Positions 1 to 14,509 of a stretch of 64,000 bases of DNA are shown piece by piece. The notes below the pieces were generated by a model. The model saw only the letters and a program-made list of their open reading frames with translations. It did not search any database and was not told the origin of the DNA. The stretch comes from Eledone cirrhosa (Eukaryota). The stretch lies in assembly GCA_964016885.1 (NCBI GenBank), contig OZ024742.1, positions 142,414,001-142,478,000 on the forward strand, given 5' to 3'. Position numbers and translations under genes: made by a program. The first letter of the stretch is position 1. Each line of letters starts with the position of its first letter.

Positions 1-499
1 ATTTTAAAAATATGAAAGAAAGAGAGAGAGTGAGAGACATATATAGTGAGAAAGAGATATAGTGATAGAAAGAGTCATCATGTTTACATCCAATCTTCTA
101 TGGTTGCACAGGTTGGACAAAGGCTGGAGTTAATCTCGGTTTCATATGGCGTTAAGCAACTGAGAGTACATGACTCTTTCCGACATGGGAAGCTAGTCAA
201 TCCATCATAGGGTTTATCCCCAGCTGTTGCTGCTGGAGCAATATGGAATGAAGTATATTATTCAAGGACACAATGTGTCACCTCGTCTTAGAAGGAATCA
301 CTCCCCAGACCTTACTTATAATCATGAGACCAACACTCTAACCACTTGGCCACACGCATTAACAGTTTATTTGATATTCTCTTCTAAATATGATAACAAA
401 TTCTAGTTTTTCAAAATACAAGTATCTATGTATAAAACATATAACAATCAGATCTTTGCCAGATAACTGTAATATGAGAAGAATTATCAAAACATGATG

Positions 500-539
<40 letters not shown>

Positions 540-2422
540 AGGCTGTGGATGAAATATCAAGAGGAAGAAAGATGTAGATAAGCAAAATAAAGAACAGAGA
601 TTTTTTTCTGTTATGAAAAGCAAGATGGAAAATTTTTTTAAAAGAGCAAAAGTGGATGAGAAGGAAGAGGAGAAAAAGCATCTTAGCAAGCGTCATTGTA
701 GTGAGTTAGTGGTCCCCATTTGAGCATTCTACTCCTTAATATCTCACGTCCTTTATATTTTAATAATTCAACAAGAATTCTTTTAGTATCAACTACCAAA
801 GGCTATTATTCTTAAAGATACAGTGAATATATAATTCACCAGTACAGTTAATATAATGGAAAAAAACATTAAAATAGTCTTTCGATAATAAAAATGTCAT
901 AGGAAATTATAAGCTTTTCGATAAACTATTATTATTATTATCATTATTTTATATATATATAATCTTTACTAGATCCCAGTATTTTTACACTTCAAATGAT
1001 AACCTCTTCATTGTCCAATAAAAAAGACAAGTGGCAGGTGATTTTTTTTAACAACAAAATATAAAAATAACCAAACAAAACAGAATATTCATAGTCAAAC
1101 ACGACTTTTTTGCATGATCCTAAACACAAAGGATCTATGTCCAGTTAATATTTTATTTATTTATGTGGTGTGTGGAGTGAGAGGTATGGGTAAGGATGTC
1201 ATCTACAACAAGTCTATTCTTAAAGCAATGTCTACTAAATAGGCAAAAAATTATTGATATATAATACATTCATGAGCTATATAATATAATGTTCATGAGC
1301 TCAATTCAGAGTTGCCTTTTTAATGGTGGTTTTTAATTTAGGTACAAGTTGAGTAATTTTAGGAGAGAAAGGAAGTCAAATCGACCCCAATACTCAACTG
1401 GTACTTTATTTTATTGACCCCAGAAGGATAAATGGCAAAGTTTACCTTGAGAGGATATGAACTCTAAACCTAGCCTAGTTAATAAGACATATCATAGCCT
1501 TTAATGCAGCTGCTGACTGGTTGACTAATGCTTCAAAAGAGTTTGCCTTGACGCAATAGACTAATAACTTTCACTAAAGCTAACACTTCCACAGCAGTTA
1601 ATCTATATTTCATACATAAAAGATTAGTTAAAAGTCTTTCTTGAGTCCAGAAGCTCATCATCAGAGCTTATCCCAGTTTTTAATGAGGTGTTAGGCAACT
1701 AAGTGTACATGACTCCATCTCTATGATGGGACCAGCTTGCTAGTCCATTTCAGTCACAGGGCTAACTCCCAGCTCTTGATGGTATTCATTTTCAGCTGAG
1801 TAAACTGGAGCAACATGAAATAAAGTATCTGGCACTCATTCTTTTTTCTGATATCTCTATTACTTACTAGCAATGAATTACCATAATTTAAAAAATTTAA
1901 AAAAGGTGGAAACTCTGACAAATCTATTTGCAGGTTTTATACACACACACACACACACACACATACACACATATATATATATATATTGAACTTCATCCAT
2001 ATGATCTGCCTTACCACATATTAAAATTCCACCACACAGTTTGTCAACAAACTGTATGCCCCACCCCCTCCCAGAAATGTATAAATAAACTCTTTCATTT
2101 ATTGCAGCCAATAGAACTTTTCTAGTTATCAGATGGTGGCAGCAGAGTGGGAAGTAATGTTTTGTCGTATTTTTTGTTGTTTTTTGTTTGTTTGTTGTTG
2201 TTGTTGTTGTTGTTGTTATTGTTTTTGAGGGAGGGAGGGTGGGGTGCTTTCCTTTTATTTTGACTTTGTTGTTTTGTTTTTTCTTATTTTTGTCATTTAA
2301 AAAAAAAAAAAAAATTGATAATAATTGAAGAGGGAGAATATAACTACATTCTCCAGCTGATTGATCCAAAAACAGCTCCCAAGAGGGAGCTGTTTTCCAT
2401 GATTGCATAAATTGGGTGAAGC

Positions 2423-2685
2423 CTGGAGTTCATCTCAATTTCATGGGCAGTAAGCAACTGAGAATACAAGGACCCCACTCTTCCCAGACAAGACATCAGT
2501 CTAGTCAGTAGCAGGGTTAACCTCCCAGCAGCTGTTAGTACTCATTTTTAGCAGAGTGAACTGGAGCAACATGAAATGAAATCCTTGCTCAAGGACACAA
2601 TGCATCACCCAGTCTGGGAGGAAATCAAACTCCCAACTTTATGATTGTGAACCTAACACCCTAACTACTAGGCCACGCACCTTCA
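2423..2685 (-). mobile_element. tRNA-head SINE family C (also about 126-357, 1660-1835, 13960-14130, 55370-55610)
   Basis: Shared ctggagcaa-tgaaatgaa...ttgctcaaggacacaa body and tRNA-like head; tail differs from the 23797 family. Confidence 0.7.
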
Positions 2686-2899
2686 CTTAGCTTCAAAGAA
2701 AACAACTGCAGTTATTTTTGTTTAAAGAGCTGAAACTGTATTCCCAGAACCAAGTATGGTGAATAAATTAGGAACATAAAGGACTAGATATAAGTATATC
2801 AAAGTCCTTAACAGTTTGTATTTAACATTGATGTAATATATTTTAACTTTTTGTTCTGAGTTATAAAATCGAAAAAGAAGTAATAATAATTGCAATTAT

Positions 2900-3240
2900 C
2901 ATGGTGATAACAGCGATGGTGGTGGTGGTGGTGGTGGTGGTGATCGTCATCATTGTGATAGTAGTGGTGATGAGAGTGATGATTGTTGTTGGTGGTGGTG
3001 GTGATGGTGTTGTTTGTGGTGGTCGTTGTCATCATCATTGCAATATTTATGATAATGGTGATGACAGTGATGCTGGTTATTAAAGTTGTTGTTGTTGTGG
3101 TGGTGGTGGTTATGGTGATGTTGGTGGTGGTCGTCATCATCATCATCATCATCATCATCATTGCAATATTTATGGTAGCAGTGATGACAATGCTGTTGGT
3201 TGGTGGTGGTGGTGGTGGTGGTGGTGGTGGTAATGGTGGA
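2900..3240. repeat. Compound trinucleotide repeat (GGT/GAT/GTT/CAT)n
   Basis: Direct inspection. Confidence 0.9.
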
Positions 3241-3838
3241 AATAGAAGTAGCTTTCTGTTAATGTCATTGGCTTAAGTTATTCCCAGTTTTCTCCAGTGA
3301 GGGAATGAAGGTTATGTCCAGCACAGCCCTACCTTCCTGCTAGATTAACACACACACACATACATACATACATACATACATACATACATACACACTTGTA
3401 TACACACACAAGACCAAAGGAAGGGTAAAACTGGGCAGTGAGGTAAAGGAGGAGAAGTAGTAGTAGTAGTAATAGTAGAGTAGCCAAGGTTGATGTGACA
3501 TGAGCCAGCTGGCTCCCACAGCGATGTTAGTCAAAAAACAAGGGTCGACAGAAATACTTTAGGTGTATTTGGCATCAGGGTCAGGCTCCACAGTATATTT
3601 ACCTGAAATACAAGCAGGAGTGATTTGTTCATTTACTGCACGCATACATATATATATTCACACATCACACACATGTAATATACATTCACACATCCCACAC
3701 ATAATATATATCATATCGCATCATATACATCATTCATATACAGCACATTTAATGTATATCATACCACATACATGTAATATATATACATATACCACACGTT
3801 ATATATATCATATCACACAAATGTAATATATATTTATG

Positions 3839-4006
3839 TCACACACATGTAATATATATTTATGTCACACACATGTAATATATATTTATGTCACACACAT
3901 GTAATATATATTCATATCACACACATATAAAATATATTTATGTCACACACATGTAATATATATTTATGTCACACACATGTTATATATATTCATATCACAC
4001 ACATAT
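3839..4006. repeat. 26-bp minisatellite (tcacacacatgtaatatatatttatg) x about 6
   Basis: Direct tandem copies visible. Confidence 0.85.
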
Positions 4007-4156
4007 AATAAGTATTACATTACAACATGTAATAAGCATCATATCATACACAAGTAACACTCATCATGCTCTACAAGGACTTTGTGGACGCTACAACAAC
4101 AACATGTGCATGAGGATAAAAGCAGCATAGCAAAGCAAATAGAATGAAGAGGTAAA

Positions 4157-4356
4157 TTAACACTTTCATAACCATATTTTTAATAAAAGACATTAACTAT
4201 CACATTATCAACCTGGTGTTTGGAACATAACTTAAGAAAGGTTCTTTCATAAAATTATAATGGAAGGTTTTAGATAATTATAAACATTTAAAAATAAACA
4301 GTTATGTCACATAAAACCAAAGGCAGTTTCAGATGGTTTGATATCAAAAGGGTTAA
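4157..4356. mobile_element. piggyBac-like MITE (about 200-260 bp; further copies near 4930-5184, 5267-5457, 6400-6610, 20985-21200, 46298-46548, 46910-47357, 63165-63363)
   Basis: Consensus ends TTAA CCCTTT...AAAGGG TTAA (TTAA target site); shared AT-rich internal sequence. Confidence 0.7.
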
Positions 4357-7300
4357 TAACAACAAAGAAAAATGTAAAATACACGCATTCATGCACTCAC
4401 TCACACATTCATAGACACACATTGTTTTACAAGTTCCTTATATATATATTAAAATAACAGATTAAAATTTAAGCAAAGAATCGCTGCTTTCACCCTTAAC
4501 GGGATCTTTATTTATCCTTCTTTGGATTTTAATCTTCACATTTATTATTATTACTATATATATATATACTCACAACTTGTTGCTGTATTAAGCCCTATGA
4601 TATAGTGAAAGTTCAACTTCCAATCAAATTAACAGATAATAAACTCTACTACAACAAAATATTGAGTACTCTCTACATCCTTAGTTTACATACACTTCAC
4701 ACATATATTGCAGAAAAGCAAGCTAAAAGGCAAAGCAATAAGGTGGTGGTTATTAGAACTTTAAGTATATATAAAGACTTGGAAATGAAGCTGTATTGTA
4801 TTAATAAGGCAGTTAGTAAAGAATTAATTGCCAAATATTCTTCATTATTCAATGCAACAGTAATGTAAAGTTAATGGTTTAGTGTTTTATTCAATGGGAA
4901 ATACAAAACAAATGCCAGTAACAAAAAATGTAACCCTTTTGTTATCATGAAAACACTGCCAAGGATTTTCAAATATTTTTTTTAATATTCAGCAATTTGA
5001 AGGGATTTAGTAAAATAACTAAATTTATCATTATTTATCTCAAATTTAAAACATGACTTCACAAAAGCTCTGACATAAAATTATGATGGAAAGTCCTTGG
5101 ATAAATGTAAACAATTTAAAATAAACAGCTTTATATCATAGAGCTAGGGACAGGTTTAGGCAGGTGTGATATCAAAAGGATTAAACAGAGTTGAGAACCA
5201 ATCTTGAAATATAAAACAAACAAAAAATGTTTCTTTTTAATATATTTAATACTGTTGAGATTATATTTAAGCCTTTCATAACCATATTTCTAATAAAATA
5301 TTCTATCTATGCATTTGGGTTAATTTTTAAAATAATGAAACATTTTGTAAAATAACTAACATTTTCATTATTAAGTTAAAGTTGATTTTTTGAAACATAT
5401 ATTAATAACAAAAAGTTCTTACATAAAACTATGATAGTGGTTTAGTAACAAAAGGGAAAAATAAACAAAAACCAAAAAAGTATAATGTTACCTAAAATAT
5501 AGTAAATCTATATAAATGATTGTAAAAAAAATTAAAAATTAAATGAATGGAGTGATCTGAAGTTATAAACCTGAGAGAGAAAGACTGGAAAGAAAAGTAT
5601 CAGGGTGTTATGTATTTGAGATGATGCTTGAATGTAAATACATTACTAACCTAACAGACAGGATATATACAACTTCACACACACAAACATTCATATATAC
5701 ATACACAACAAAACTATTGATAAAATGAATAAATTTACATGATTATATATAAATATATAATATATGCTCAAAATAACTGATTACAATTATTTCAATAAAT
5801 GAATATACAAAAGATTGTAGAAAGGCACAATCAATGTGGTTCAGGTGTTAGAGCTATTCCTCAAATGGTCATGGAGAAGGTAAACTTAACTACAGTATGA
5901 TCTTTCCATTGATAAGATAAATTACAGTCTACCACTTTCAACAATAGGCTCCACTCACACAACAGGTAAAGTGGTTAGCATTCTAAGAGTTTAAAGCCAC
6001 TCTGTAGCATTTCGATTGAAGTTAACAGTTAACAATGCCTTACCATATATAGGTATGGAACTAAGAAAATGAAAATGGTATATTGTGGTTATACTATAAA
6101 GTGTTCCATAGCCATTTCTAATTCAGGTACATGGCTAGCAATTTGAAGGGAGATGAAAGTTGATTAAAAACATCTGCAGCTGACTGGTACTTTATTTTCA
6201 TTGATCTCAGAGAGATGAAAAACAAAGTTGACCTCGGTGGAAACTGAACTCAGAACTTAGAATAATTACGTGTTCCATAAAGACAAAAAACAGAAACACA
6301 AAAGAAACTAGGAATCTAAAATGATAATGTAGTACTATCCTACCATTATAAAAAAATGGTAAATTGCTAATTATGTCTTCAAAAACCAGAGGTTAATAAC
6401 TAACCTTTTGATTTTCAAATAATTTTGAAAATAATCAAGAATTTGAAGGGGTTTAATAATATAACTTTTTGCTTTTACAGCTGGTGTTTGTAATATACCA
6501 AAGGTTCTTACATAAAATTATAATGGAAGATAAATATAAACACTTTAAAATATATAGCTTTGTATCATAGAACCAGAGATGGTTTATGGGGCTTAATATC
6601 AAAAAGGTTAGAGTAATTGCATCCTATCAAAACATGGAATAATAAAATGGATGAGAGATGAGATGCCAGTCTTTCATAAGTGATATTACTAGACAATCTG
6701 GGTTCATTTCGTTTTAGTTGTCTGGTGCCAGAGAAAATGCAGTACTCAGAATTAAGTGTATGGCCTACCGAGTGGCAAAATTAGGTGCCTGAAGTGGATT
6801 TGCACTCAGTGTCCATGATCTAGTTGCTTAACACCTTATCTATTAAGCCATTTTATCAGCTCCAAAAAAATTATACTTTTCAAAATTGTTTGAGGAAAGC
6901 CAGTACAAATAAAGGAGTGAAAATGGCATTGAAGTAAAACTGTAACTTCATTCCTTTATTTGTATTTTACTGGCTTTCTCATATTTCACAATGCTTCGTA
7001 TATAAACTATACTACTCAATACTTTATTTTTGTTCTTTATATAATTTGTTAGAATTTAACAATGGGCTGAAACTGAATGGAATTAATAGCATACAAGAAT
7101 TATCTTGTACACAATGATATATAACATTATTTAATAATCATGATATATATATATTTTACTGTTGAAGTAACTTCTACAGCACTATAACCATTTCATTCAT
7201 AAGAAATCATCAGGAAAGTCTAGATGATTTCTTAGGAATAAAACAGTTCTAGTCATTTCTTTAATAAAATAGCCCTATAATCTAACAAACTGATTACCTT

Positions 7301-7562
7301 TTTTAACTTTGACCACCTCCCAATATACATCGGAAATCCCCTAATTATAATTAATATTATTTGTTACATGTAACAAATAATATTTCCAAATGTATAATTA
7401 AAATTCTCATTTTACAGGTGATATTACCTGCTTCAACCTAGGAGACTAATAAATATCAGCCATAAAACAAAAATTGTAATAAAATGTAGACTCAACATCT
7501 TAACATGCATTGAGTACTTGCTTTTTAACTAAGAACATCCGATGTATGTATACATATATGTA

Positions 7563-7606
<44 letters not shown>

Positions 7607-7944
7607 GCTATTTGAATGTATTTTGTATTATGAAAAGAATGAGTCCTAGGTATATAAACATAAAAGTAAAATATATATATACATTAGAATAAAATAACCA
7701 AGAGGAGAGCTTTTCTTTTAATTCTTACATGAAAATATGAAAAATAGAAGTACATAATGGTGGGTGTGATCAGAGCTTAACTTTAAAATTGATTTTCTAT
7801 TTGTTTTTAGTCGTATTTTATTTTATTTTATTTTTTGTATTTTTTAGAAAGAAAACAAAACAAAAATATTTCCGAAAATTACCAAAATAAAAAATGTTTC
7901 CTTTCTTTTTAATATTTAATAATTATAATTAATTTCTTTATAAA

Positions 7945-7985
7945 TTTATATATATATACACACACATATACATCTGCATACATGC

Positions 7986-8018
<33 letters not shown>

Positions 8019-8494
8019 TACATGCACATATATTTATATGCATACACATATATATATGCATAAATGTGTGTGTATATATAAATATATATACATAAATATA
8101 CATACATAAATATATATACATACATACATATATAAATATACATTACATACATATATAAATATACATTACATATATAAATATACATATATATACATACATA
8201 TAAATATATATTTATACATATAAATATATATACATACATATAAATATATATACATACATATATATACATATATATATATATACATATATATATATACATA
8301 CATACATATACATACATACATATACATACATACATATACATACATACATATACATACATATATATACATACATATAAATACATATACATACATATATAAT
8401 ATATATACATATATATATATATATACATACATATATATACAAACATATATATATATATTCGGCGGGGTAGCACAAATTCAATTTGTCTGATTCG

Positions 8495-8558
<64 letters not shown>

Positions 8559-8560
8559 AC
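7945..8560. repeat. Compound (TA)n/(TACA)n microsatellite, about 420 nt downstream of the FCHO stop (probable 3' UTR)
   Basis: Direct inspection. Confidence 0.95.
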
Positions 8561-8982
8561 ATACATAAATACATACACATTTACAAAAAGGTATTCAAGA
8601 TGCATTTCAAGAAAACAATTGGTAGTTATATGATTAATGGTTATATGGAGGGTTGGGAAATAAATAAATGAAAAACAAATATAAAAAACATAACAAAACA
8701 AAACAGTTACAGTAACATGAGTATTATCTCAAAGACAAAGTAGTATCATGGTGGGTTGTGTTGATCAGTGAGGATTGAGATGGTGATAGTTTTATTTCAT
8801 TTTTTCTTAATGGGATGGTGGTGCAAGCGAATGTGAGGGACTAACTAAATAAAAGCTTGCATTAGGATATTGTCTGCAGGGGTCTACTTGGAATTATTGT
8901 TTTAAAACAAATCTCTACAATTAATACTTTTCTTCGTGCGTTTTCTAATGGAAAACAGTTTAAAGAAAGGACATTCCAAGTT

Positions 8983-9235
8983 TCACACAGCTATAGTATA
9001 CGAACCTGCTCCAAATCGTTTTTTCGCCAGTGACAGCCGGTAGCCTAAGCCAACAAGTTCAAAATCGAGACCAGATAACGTGGCCCCTTCAGCAATGAAA
9101 TGCAAGGCAGTAGGTGAAGGGGTGCTAGGTCCACCAGAGGTTTCGAATTTCGCACGGATGTTCCCTTGGGTGCCATTTTCACTCATCTCAGAAATATCAT
9201 CTAATTTCCACGTGGCGCGCTTCTCTTCAGCATTC
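8983..9235 (-). CDS. FCHO2: FCHO-like terminal coding exon (NAEEKRATWKL...GYRLSLAKKRFGAGSYTIAV stop)
   Basis: cctcag|G AAT...; TGA at 8983-8985; LSG-DFELVG-GYRLSL-KKRF C-terminal motif of FCHO/SGIP1. Confidence 0.95.
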
Positions 9236-10060
9236 CTGAGGAAACAGATTGAAATCATGTAGAATGAATTGAAATACCAAATCACCTGGTAATGAACAGT
9301 GTGTATGTGCATACATATGATGTGTTTATGTCTGTGTGTACATGAGCATGAGAGTGTGTGTGTGTGTGTGTGTGTGACATGAGGAGGGTATTCATGTAGT
9401 TATTCTACATGTTTGTGTATTACAGAACACTCCTGCCCAAGCTTAACTGACTTCCAATAAGATTGCATTTCACAGAAGGCTTCTTGGGTGTTTTAATGGT
9501 AATGTCCTGAGTTCCAATTGATGCAGCATGGCCAAATCATTAAGAAATTTGCTTTACAATTGAATAGACTGTAACTAGAATTCAAATGCCAGCCTTGTCA
9601 CACACTATATCATGCTGAATCTACCTGGAAATGACATTTAAGTACACATTTTTAGAATGCTCAACCAAATTGAACAATCATCTTTAAAACAGATGGAGGT
9701 CTGTTTACCTTACATCCAGTAATGCACTGGATAATTGCTGGCCTTGTGCCAACAGTAGAAACAATTATTTACCTCAACTACAAAAGGATGAAAAACAAGG
9801 TTGAACTCAGTAATATGTATGCTTATATCAGTGGTGAGGTGTAAGTTCACCACCATTTAACATCTGCTTTTCCATGTTGACATGTATGTATTAATGAGTG
9901 CCAATGTCACTGTGTGTGGATATGTGTCTCAAAGTGTGGGTATGTGTCTATGTCAATCTGTGTGTGTGTGTTTGTGCCAATGTGTATGTTTGCGTATTAT
10001 TTTTATAATGAAATAACATTCAATATAAAGTTGTGGAGATATTCAAATAGGATACTTTAC

Positions 10061-10263
10061 CAGTTTCCTGAAGGGATGCTTTGCATGTTGGTCACAGCTC
10101 CATTGACTGGAACTGTCACTTGAATATTCTTTAGTGCAACAGGCTTTGACATGGAACAAGGGTTGTATTTATAATCCAGTCTGAAGTTGGTAACTGTTGA
10201 AGTGCACTTCCAGTAGACTACCAAAGGCAGTGGTGTGTTGTCTACGCCAGGCAGTGGTTTTAC
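10061..10263 (-). CDS. FCHO2: FCHO-like muHD exon (VKPLPGVDNTPLPLVVYWKC...RLDYKYNP...)
   Basis: tttcag|GTA...AAC TG|gtaaag; 203 nt; TPL-L-YWKC and DYKYNP motifs. Confidence 0.95.
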
Positions 10264-11761
10264 CTGAAAACCATTTAGAAACAAAACTAATAACTCAAAA
10301 ACATTAGAATTATGTTGTGTGTCTAAATACTGCTGTCTTTAAGCATTGGACAATTACCTGGGGTCTTTTATGTCTAAGAGTCCAATGCTAATCTATGTAT
10401 GCTGCAGTTATGTAAGGTCCCCAAGACATTCCTTTGCCCAGAGGCCACCAGATCCAGGGGCCTGTAATGCTGTTAAGATGGCTTTAGTTCTAACATTTGG
10501 CAACAGAATGAGCTCAAGGGAACAAATCAACAAGATAGGCTCAACAGCAGTAGCTCTTGACCCTTTGTTTTCTTACTCCATGCCCCACTACAATATCTCA
10601 AATAAATCTGATGCCCCACCCTGTTCAATTTAAAATCATGTTTGGTGTTAAAAATGTATAATGAAAAATCGAGAGAAGGAAAGGTAAGAAGCTGATCATC
10701 AGATCTAACCAATGAATCCATGTTTCTGATGGTTTCTCATTCATTGATACTATCAGCCAGTCACAACTACTGACAGAAGCAGCACTGCTTTTCTGGTGAC
10801 AGGAGGCAGTATTTGAACTCAGAATGCACAGAGCAAGAACAGATACTACAAGACATCCTATCTGACTCTAACAATTTTGCCAATACACCTCCCATGGACT
10901 GGTACTTTAACTCATTTTCCCCTTGTGACCCTTGTGGTAGTATATGATTACTTCCTTTAATATTTGACACCTTTTGTTTTCACACTACCTCCCTAGCTAA
11001 ATAGTGAGAATTGATAGGTTTTTAACATGACCATATCGAAATTGCTGTAAGTTTATAAATTATTGAAATAAAAATATGACATTTTCAGTGAAGATTCCAT
11101 ACTGAATTTTCTGAAGGCTATTACAAAACATTTCATTAATATTTACAGATTATTATATAAAATATAAGCAAAACATGAAAAAAATATTTATTTACATAAC
11201 AACATACCTTTAAGTGAAATGTTCCAGATGATAGGGCTTGAAACAATTAATACAGAGATTTACCTTGCATTGCTCACAGCCTGCTTTTGGTTCCCTTCTA
11301 ATATTTTGTTTGGAACACTACTTGTAAGTTCTTTTGCCCAAAGTTTACAGGCCAGTGCATGGCACCCTGAATCTGGGGAATTTCTTCCAGGGCATCTTCG
11401 TTTTATAGGAATAGCCCCCAATAAGTTGATGGGCCAGGTTCATTATGAAACTCAACTGGGTACATTTTTTTCCTTGCCTTTTTTAGACATGGTTTTATGG
11501 TTTGGAGGCAAGGGGTTATTTATCAACCATGGAAGGATGAAAGGCAAAGTTGACCCTAGAGTGCAGAGAGCTGGAATAAATACTGAGGTATTTCATCAGA
11601 CATTCTAATGACTGTACCAATTCAACCCCAAAAGCAATCAAATTTCCTATGAAGTCTTTGTCCCACATTCAGAATCATTGCACTTCAAGGTATTTTGTCT
11701 GACAACTTAACTACTCTGCCAATCAACTGTTATTAACAATAACAATAATTATATGCACATA

Positions 11762-12861
11762 AGTTATGTAGGAAAGGTGTAGGTAGGAACTCCATTCTCT
11801 GCCCCAAATGCAAACAATGGGTACACAAGAGATGTAGTGGGATCTCAGGAAGCTTAACTAAGAATGTAGGCTTTACATGTAGCAGCTGTGCTGGGACAGC
11901 AAGCAGCAAACAGCCACAGGAAACAAGCACCACCAAACTCTGGGAGGGCTCTGTAGAAACAGTAGACAGCTTCTGCTACCTAGGTGACCGAATTAGCAGT
12001 GGAGGTGGGTGTTCGGAAAGTACAATAACTAGGGTAAGAATGGGATAGAAGAAGTTCAGGGAGCTACTGCCACTGCTAGCTGCAAAAGGCTTTTCCCTCA
12101 AAATGAAAGGCAGACTGTATGATGAATGTATACGAACAGCAATGTTACATGGTAGTGAGACCTGAGCACTGACTGCGGAAGACTTACGTAGATTAGAAAG
12201 AAACGAAGACTGCATGCTCCGATGGATGTGTAATAGTAATATACACGAACGGCAAAGCATAAATGAATTGAGAGAGAGACTGAGCATAAGAGGAATCAAA
12301 TGCTGTGTGCAGGAGAGGCGGTTGCGTTGGTATGGACATGTGATGCGTATGAAGGATGACAGCTGCATAAAAAGGTGCAGATCACTAGAAGTCGATGGAA
12401 ACCGCGGAGTGGGGAGACCAAAGAAGACCTGGGATGAGGTGATAAAAGCCGACCATACCCAATTACACCTCTCAAAGGCGATGACACACGACCATGACCT
12501 CTGGCGTCACGCAGTAATACAGAAGACCTGAACCCCCCACGGGTACAAGCCGAAGCTGAAGCATATAGACAATATGCCCCCCACACCCTCCCACTGCAAA
12601 GTGGTCATGGAGGTGCCACGGCAAAAAAGCACCCAGCCGACACTGTAAAGTGAACGTGTAGGCGCCACGGAAAAAACCACCCAGCACTCACTGTAAATGA
12701 GGTTGGTGTTAGGAAGGGCATCCAGCTGTAGAAATCAAGCCAGAATCAGTTCCCGTATGAGCAAGACAAGGTCAGCCGACCGGAGACTGCCAACAACAGG
12801 ACAACCCGTCTAACCCATGCTAGCGTGGAAGAATGGACGTAAAACGGTGATGATGATGATG
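11762..12861 (+). mobile_element. 5'-truncated RTE-clade LINE (Cys-rich finger, RT C-terminus, 3' UTR, (TGA)n tail)
   Basis: Translates to CRKGVGRNSILCPKCKQWVHKRC, YLG, MLHGSET, RRLRWYGHVMR, GRPKKTW with stops; tandem ~40-bp units in the 3' UTR; gatgatgat tail. Confidence 0.92.
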
Positions 12862-13025
12862 TTATTTACAAAAGAAAAATCCCAAAATAATTTTTTTGTT
12901 TTAAATCAGTGCTGCATTTTGTTTCTTCCCATATTTAGTTTCAGACAATAACAATCATGGCTATGTTTGTATTACAAACAATATAAGAGAAGAAAATCCC
13001 AAAGTGGAAAGTCAAGTTTATCTAC

Positions 13026-13158
13026 CTGATATTTCAGTATATCGACATTAAAATAAGAAGCTGTCTTATTGATCTCTCCTTGAGCACGAAGGTGTTCTGT
13101 TAGAGCAGTCATATCAAATATATATATTGAACTATTGGATGTGCTCTGTTGAGTGTCC
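13026..13158 (-). CDS. FCHO2: FCHO-like muHD exon (...FDMTALTEHLRAQGEINKTASYFNVDILKYQ)
   Basis: tttcag|G GAC...TAT CAG|gtaga; 133 nt; Y(Y/F)NVD-LKYQ motif. Confidence 0.95.
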
Positions 13159-14214
13159 CTGAAAACAACAGATAGAAAAAAATGCCAGTTAAAAGTGTTG
13201 ATTGATTCATGGTTTAGAAAAAGAAATGGTATAGAAATAAACAATAAATGATAAGAATTAAATACCACAATAAAATTCACCCAGCATACTTTGTAAAGTA
13301 GTAGTGCTGGTGACATTATAAAATACATCCAGCACACTCTGTAAAGTAGTAGTGTTGGTGACATGAGAAAATTCACCTAGTACATTCTGTAAAGCAGTTG
13401 GAGTTAGGAAGGGCATCCAGCCATATAGATCTAGCTAAATATGTAATATATTAGCAAGAGTATGATGACCTTTCCAAACAATACTGGCATGGAAACTGAC
13501 ATAAAACAATGATGGTAAGGAGGAGTAAATAGTTTGTTTTTTTAGAATACATTCAGTAAATATACTTCACCTTTAATTTAATCAATACTTCTAAACAAGT
13601 GACAACTACTATTCTCCTCCAGGGCATGTCCCTTCACATTCTACATACATTATCATCACTATTCTCAGCCAAGACTTCCCCAAGCAAGTGTCAATTATTC
13701 TTTATCCTATGTCGCTCTCATGCATGTAACACCCATAAACAAATAGACCTCATCTTAGACTATATCAACCTGCCTACCCTCAGTCTCCAACTCATCTTCT
13801 GTTTTCTTTAACTAAATCAGCCTGCTTCCCCTTAATCTCCATTCTGAACACAACTTTATCCATCTTTTAGGATTTAGTCATGTAGCGTACCCTGCTCACT
13901 TTCATTTTCTCTTTTTAATATGTTTTATGATGTCTTATAAGTACTTGTTGAATGTACATAGCCTAGTGGTTAGAGCATTGATTACACAATTGTGGGTTTG
14001 ATCCCCAGATGAAGCAGTAGGTTGTGCCCTTCAACAAGACACTTCATTTCACATTGCTCTAGTTAATTCAGCTGGAAAATGAGTACAAACAGTATCAGCA
14101 GCTGGGAGTTAACCCTATGATGGACTGGTCACATAAAATCAGTTCTAGACTGAAGAGCACCTATGCCTGAAAACAGTAAAAAAAGAGAGAGGGAGAGAGA
14201 AACAAGATACTTAC

Positions 14215-14370
14215 TGAGATATGAGTTGGGAATTGATTCTGATGCTATCTAGACGTGTTGTACCATTCAAACGAAAACTTAACATGGATGGAGATGGGTT
14301 TTCTATCAACACTTTAATGATACCTGCAGGAAAGGACATCATCAAATTTCCAGACAAAGTCACTGTACAC
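14215..14370 (-). CDS. FCHO2: FCHO-like muHD exon (CTVTLSGNLMMSFPAGIIKVLIENPSPSMLSFRL...)
   Basis: tttcag|G TGT...TCT CA|gtaagt; 156 nt, phase 2-2; MSFPAGI motif of the muniscin muHD. Confidence 0.95.
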
Positions 14371-14467
14371 CTGAAAGTAAAGAGATACAAATATAAGACT
14401 TGGATATTCTGAAAAAATATCTAATAATGTCATTGCTGCAAAAAGAATGAGTGTATGTGTGTGTGTG

Positions 14468-14506
<39 letters not shown>

Positions 14507-14509
<3 letters not shown>

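Noticed and set aside
2808-3276. Poly-M/T/H/V ORFs
   Set aside because: Trinucleotide repeat artefacts
3839-4006. CRISPR-like array
   Set aside because: Tandem units without unique spacers in eukaryotic DNA; a minisatellite
7909-8701. Long YI/CV/HT-repeat ORFs here and at 18073-18550, 33892-35023
   Set aside because: Translations of dinucleotide microsatellites, not genes
1-8982. A second gene or defined poly(A) site downstream of FCHO
   Set aside because: No credible exons found; many AATAAA hexamers in AT-rich DNA so the 3' end cannot be placed
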